Under the pieces are notes generated by a model, which did no database searches, was not told the origin of the DNA, and worked only from the letters and a program-made list of their open reading frames with translations. Of a DNA stretch of 20,301 nt, positions 20,007-20,301 are shown piece by piece; position 1 is the first letter of the stretch; each line of letters opens with the position of its first letter. A program made the translations under genes and the position numbers. The DNA is taken from contig JBOZIK010000001.1 in the NCBI GenBank assembly GCA_051453625.1, positions 7,474,687 to 7,494,987 on the forward strand, in the 5' to 3' direction. This stretch comes from Welwitschia mirabilis. Lineage: Eukaryota.

Positions 20007-20301
20007 TTTCTCACCATATGAACTTGTATACCAAAAAATTTGTGTCTTACTAATTGATGTTTGCTATAGTTCTTGTCAATCCATTTATCAACCTAACCTT
20101 ATAGATTTAGACAAAAATATTATAACTCGATTAGCTAAACTCAACCATTTAAATGAAAAGTATACTCATGCCTTACATCATTAACTCATTCATAAAGCCC
20201 AAGCCAAGTTTAGACATGACAATAAGATTATTCATAAGCAATGTAAACTTTATCAACTTGTCCTTTTATACAACACTCAAGTACACCTTTTACACAACAA
20301 A
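20007..20301 (+). pseudogene. Decayed integrase C-terminal region
   Basis: Reads FSPYELVYQKICVLLIDV...LNHLNEKYTHA...HDNKIIHKQ...QLVLLYNTQVHLLHN (cf. SPY.LVYGK.C.LPVE...HD..I..K.F..GQ.VLLYNSR); closely parallels 5958-6400 (-). Confidence 0.88.

Larger units (their letters stand above)
13167..20301 (+). mobile_element. Athila-like Ty3/gypsy LTR retrotransposon (5' LTR, PBS, gag-PR-RT-RH-INT), decayed and continuing past the window
   Basis: TGTT...AACA LTR, tRNA-Asp-type PBS, and gypsy domain order with Athila-like motifs throughout. Confidence 0.92.

Noticed and set aside
19040..20184. 325-aa and 368-aa ORFs
   Set aside because: They are mostly N. Only the part after 20007 on the + strand is a real integrase remnant.

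Overview
Very AT-rich, strongly CpG-depleted eukaryotic DNA, almost certainly from a plant nuclear genome, in a draft scaffold with many N gaps. I see no intact host gene, RNA gene or CRISPR array. The window is a nest of decayed Ty3/gypsy LTR retrotransposons, identified by hand translation through stops and frameshifts. In order: an Athila/Tat-type RNase H-integrase fragment (3-420, +); a small two-LTR element with a tRNA-Met PBS and CRM-like TGATG/CATCA ends (421-1868, -); the chromodomain, PPT and LTR start of a Tekay/Del chromovirus (1869-~2570, +); the 3' half of an Athila-like element (~2580-6755, -); an unclassified ~5.4 kb block with decayed unknown reading frames and a ~38-bp tandem array (6756-12197); a Tekay LTR end with triplicated PBS and gag (12198-13166, +); and a related Athila-like element with 5' LTR, tRNA-Asp PBS and gag-PR-RT-RH-INT running off the right edge (13167-20301, +). 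All seven gaps of exactly 100 N are flanked by duplicated sequence, which is most likely an assembly effect. Family assignments rest on remembered consensus motifs, not on database searches.
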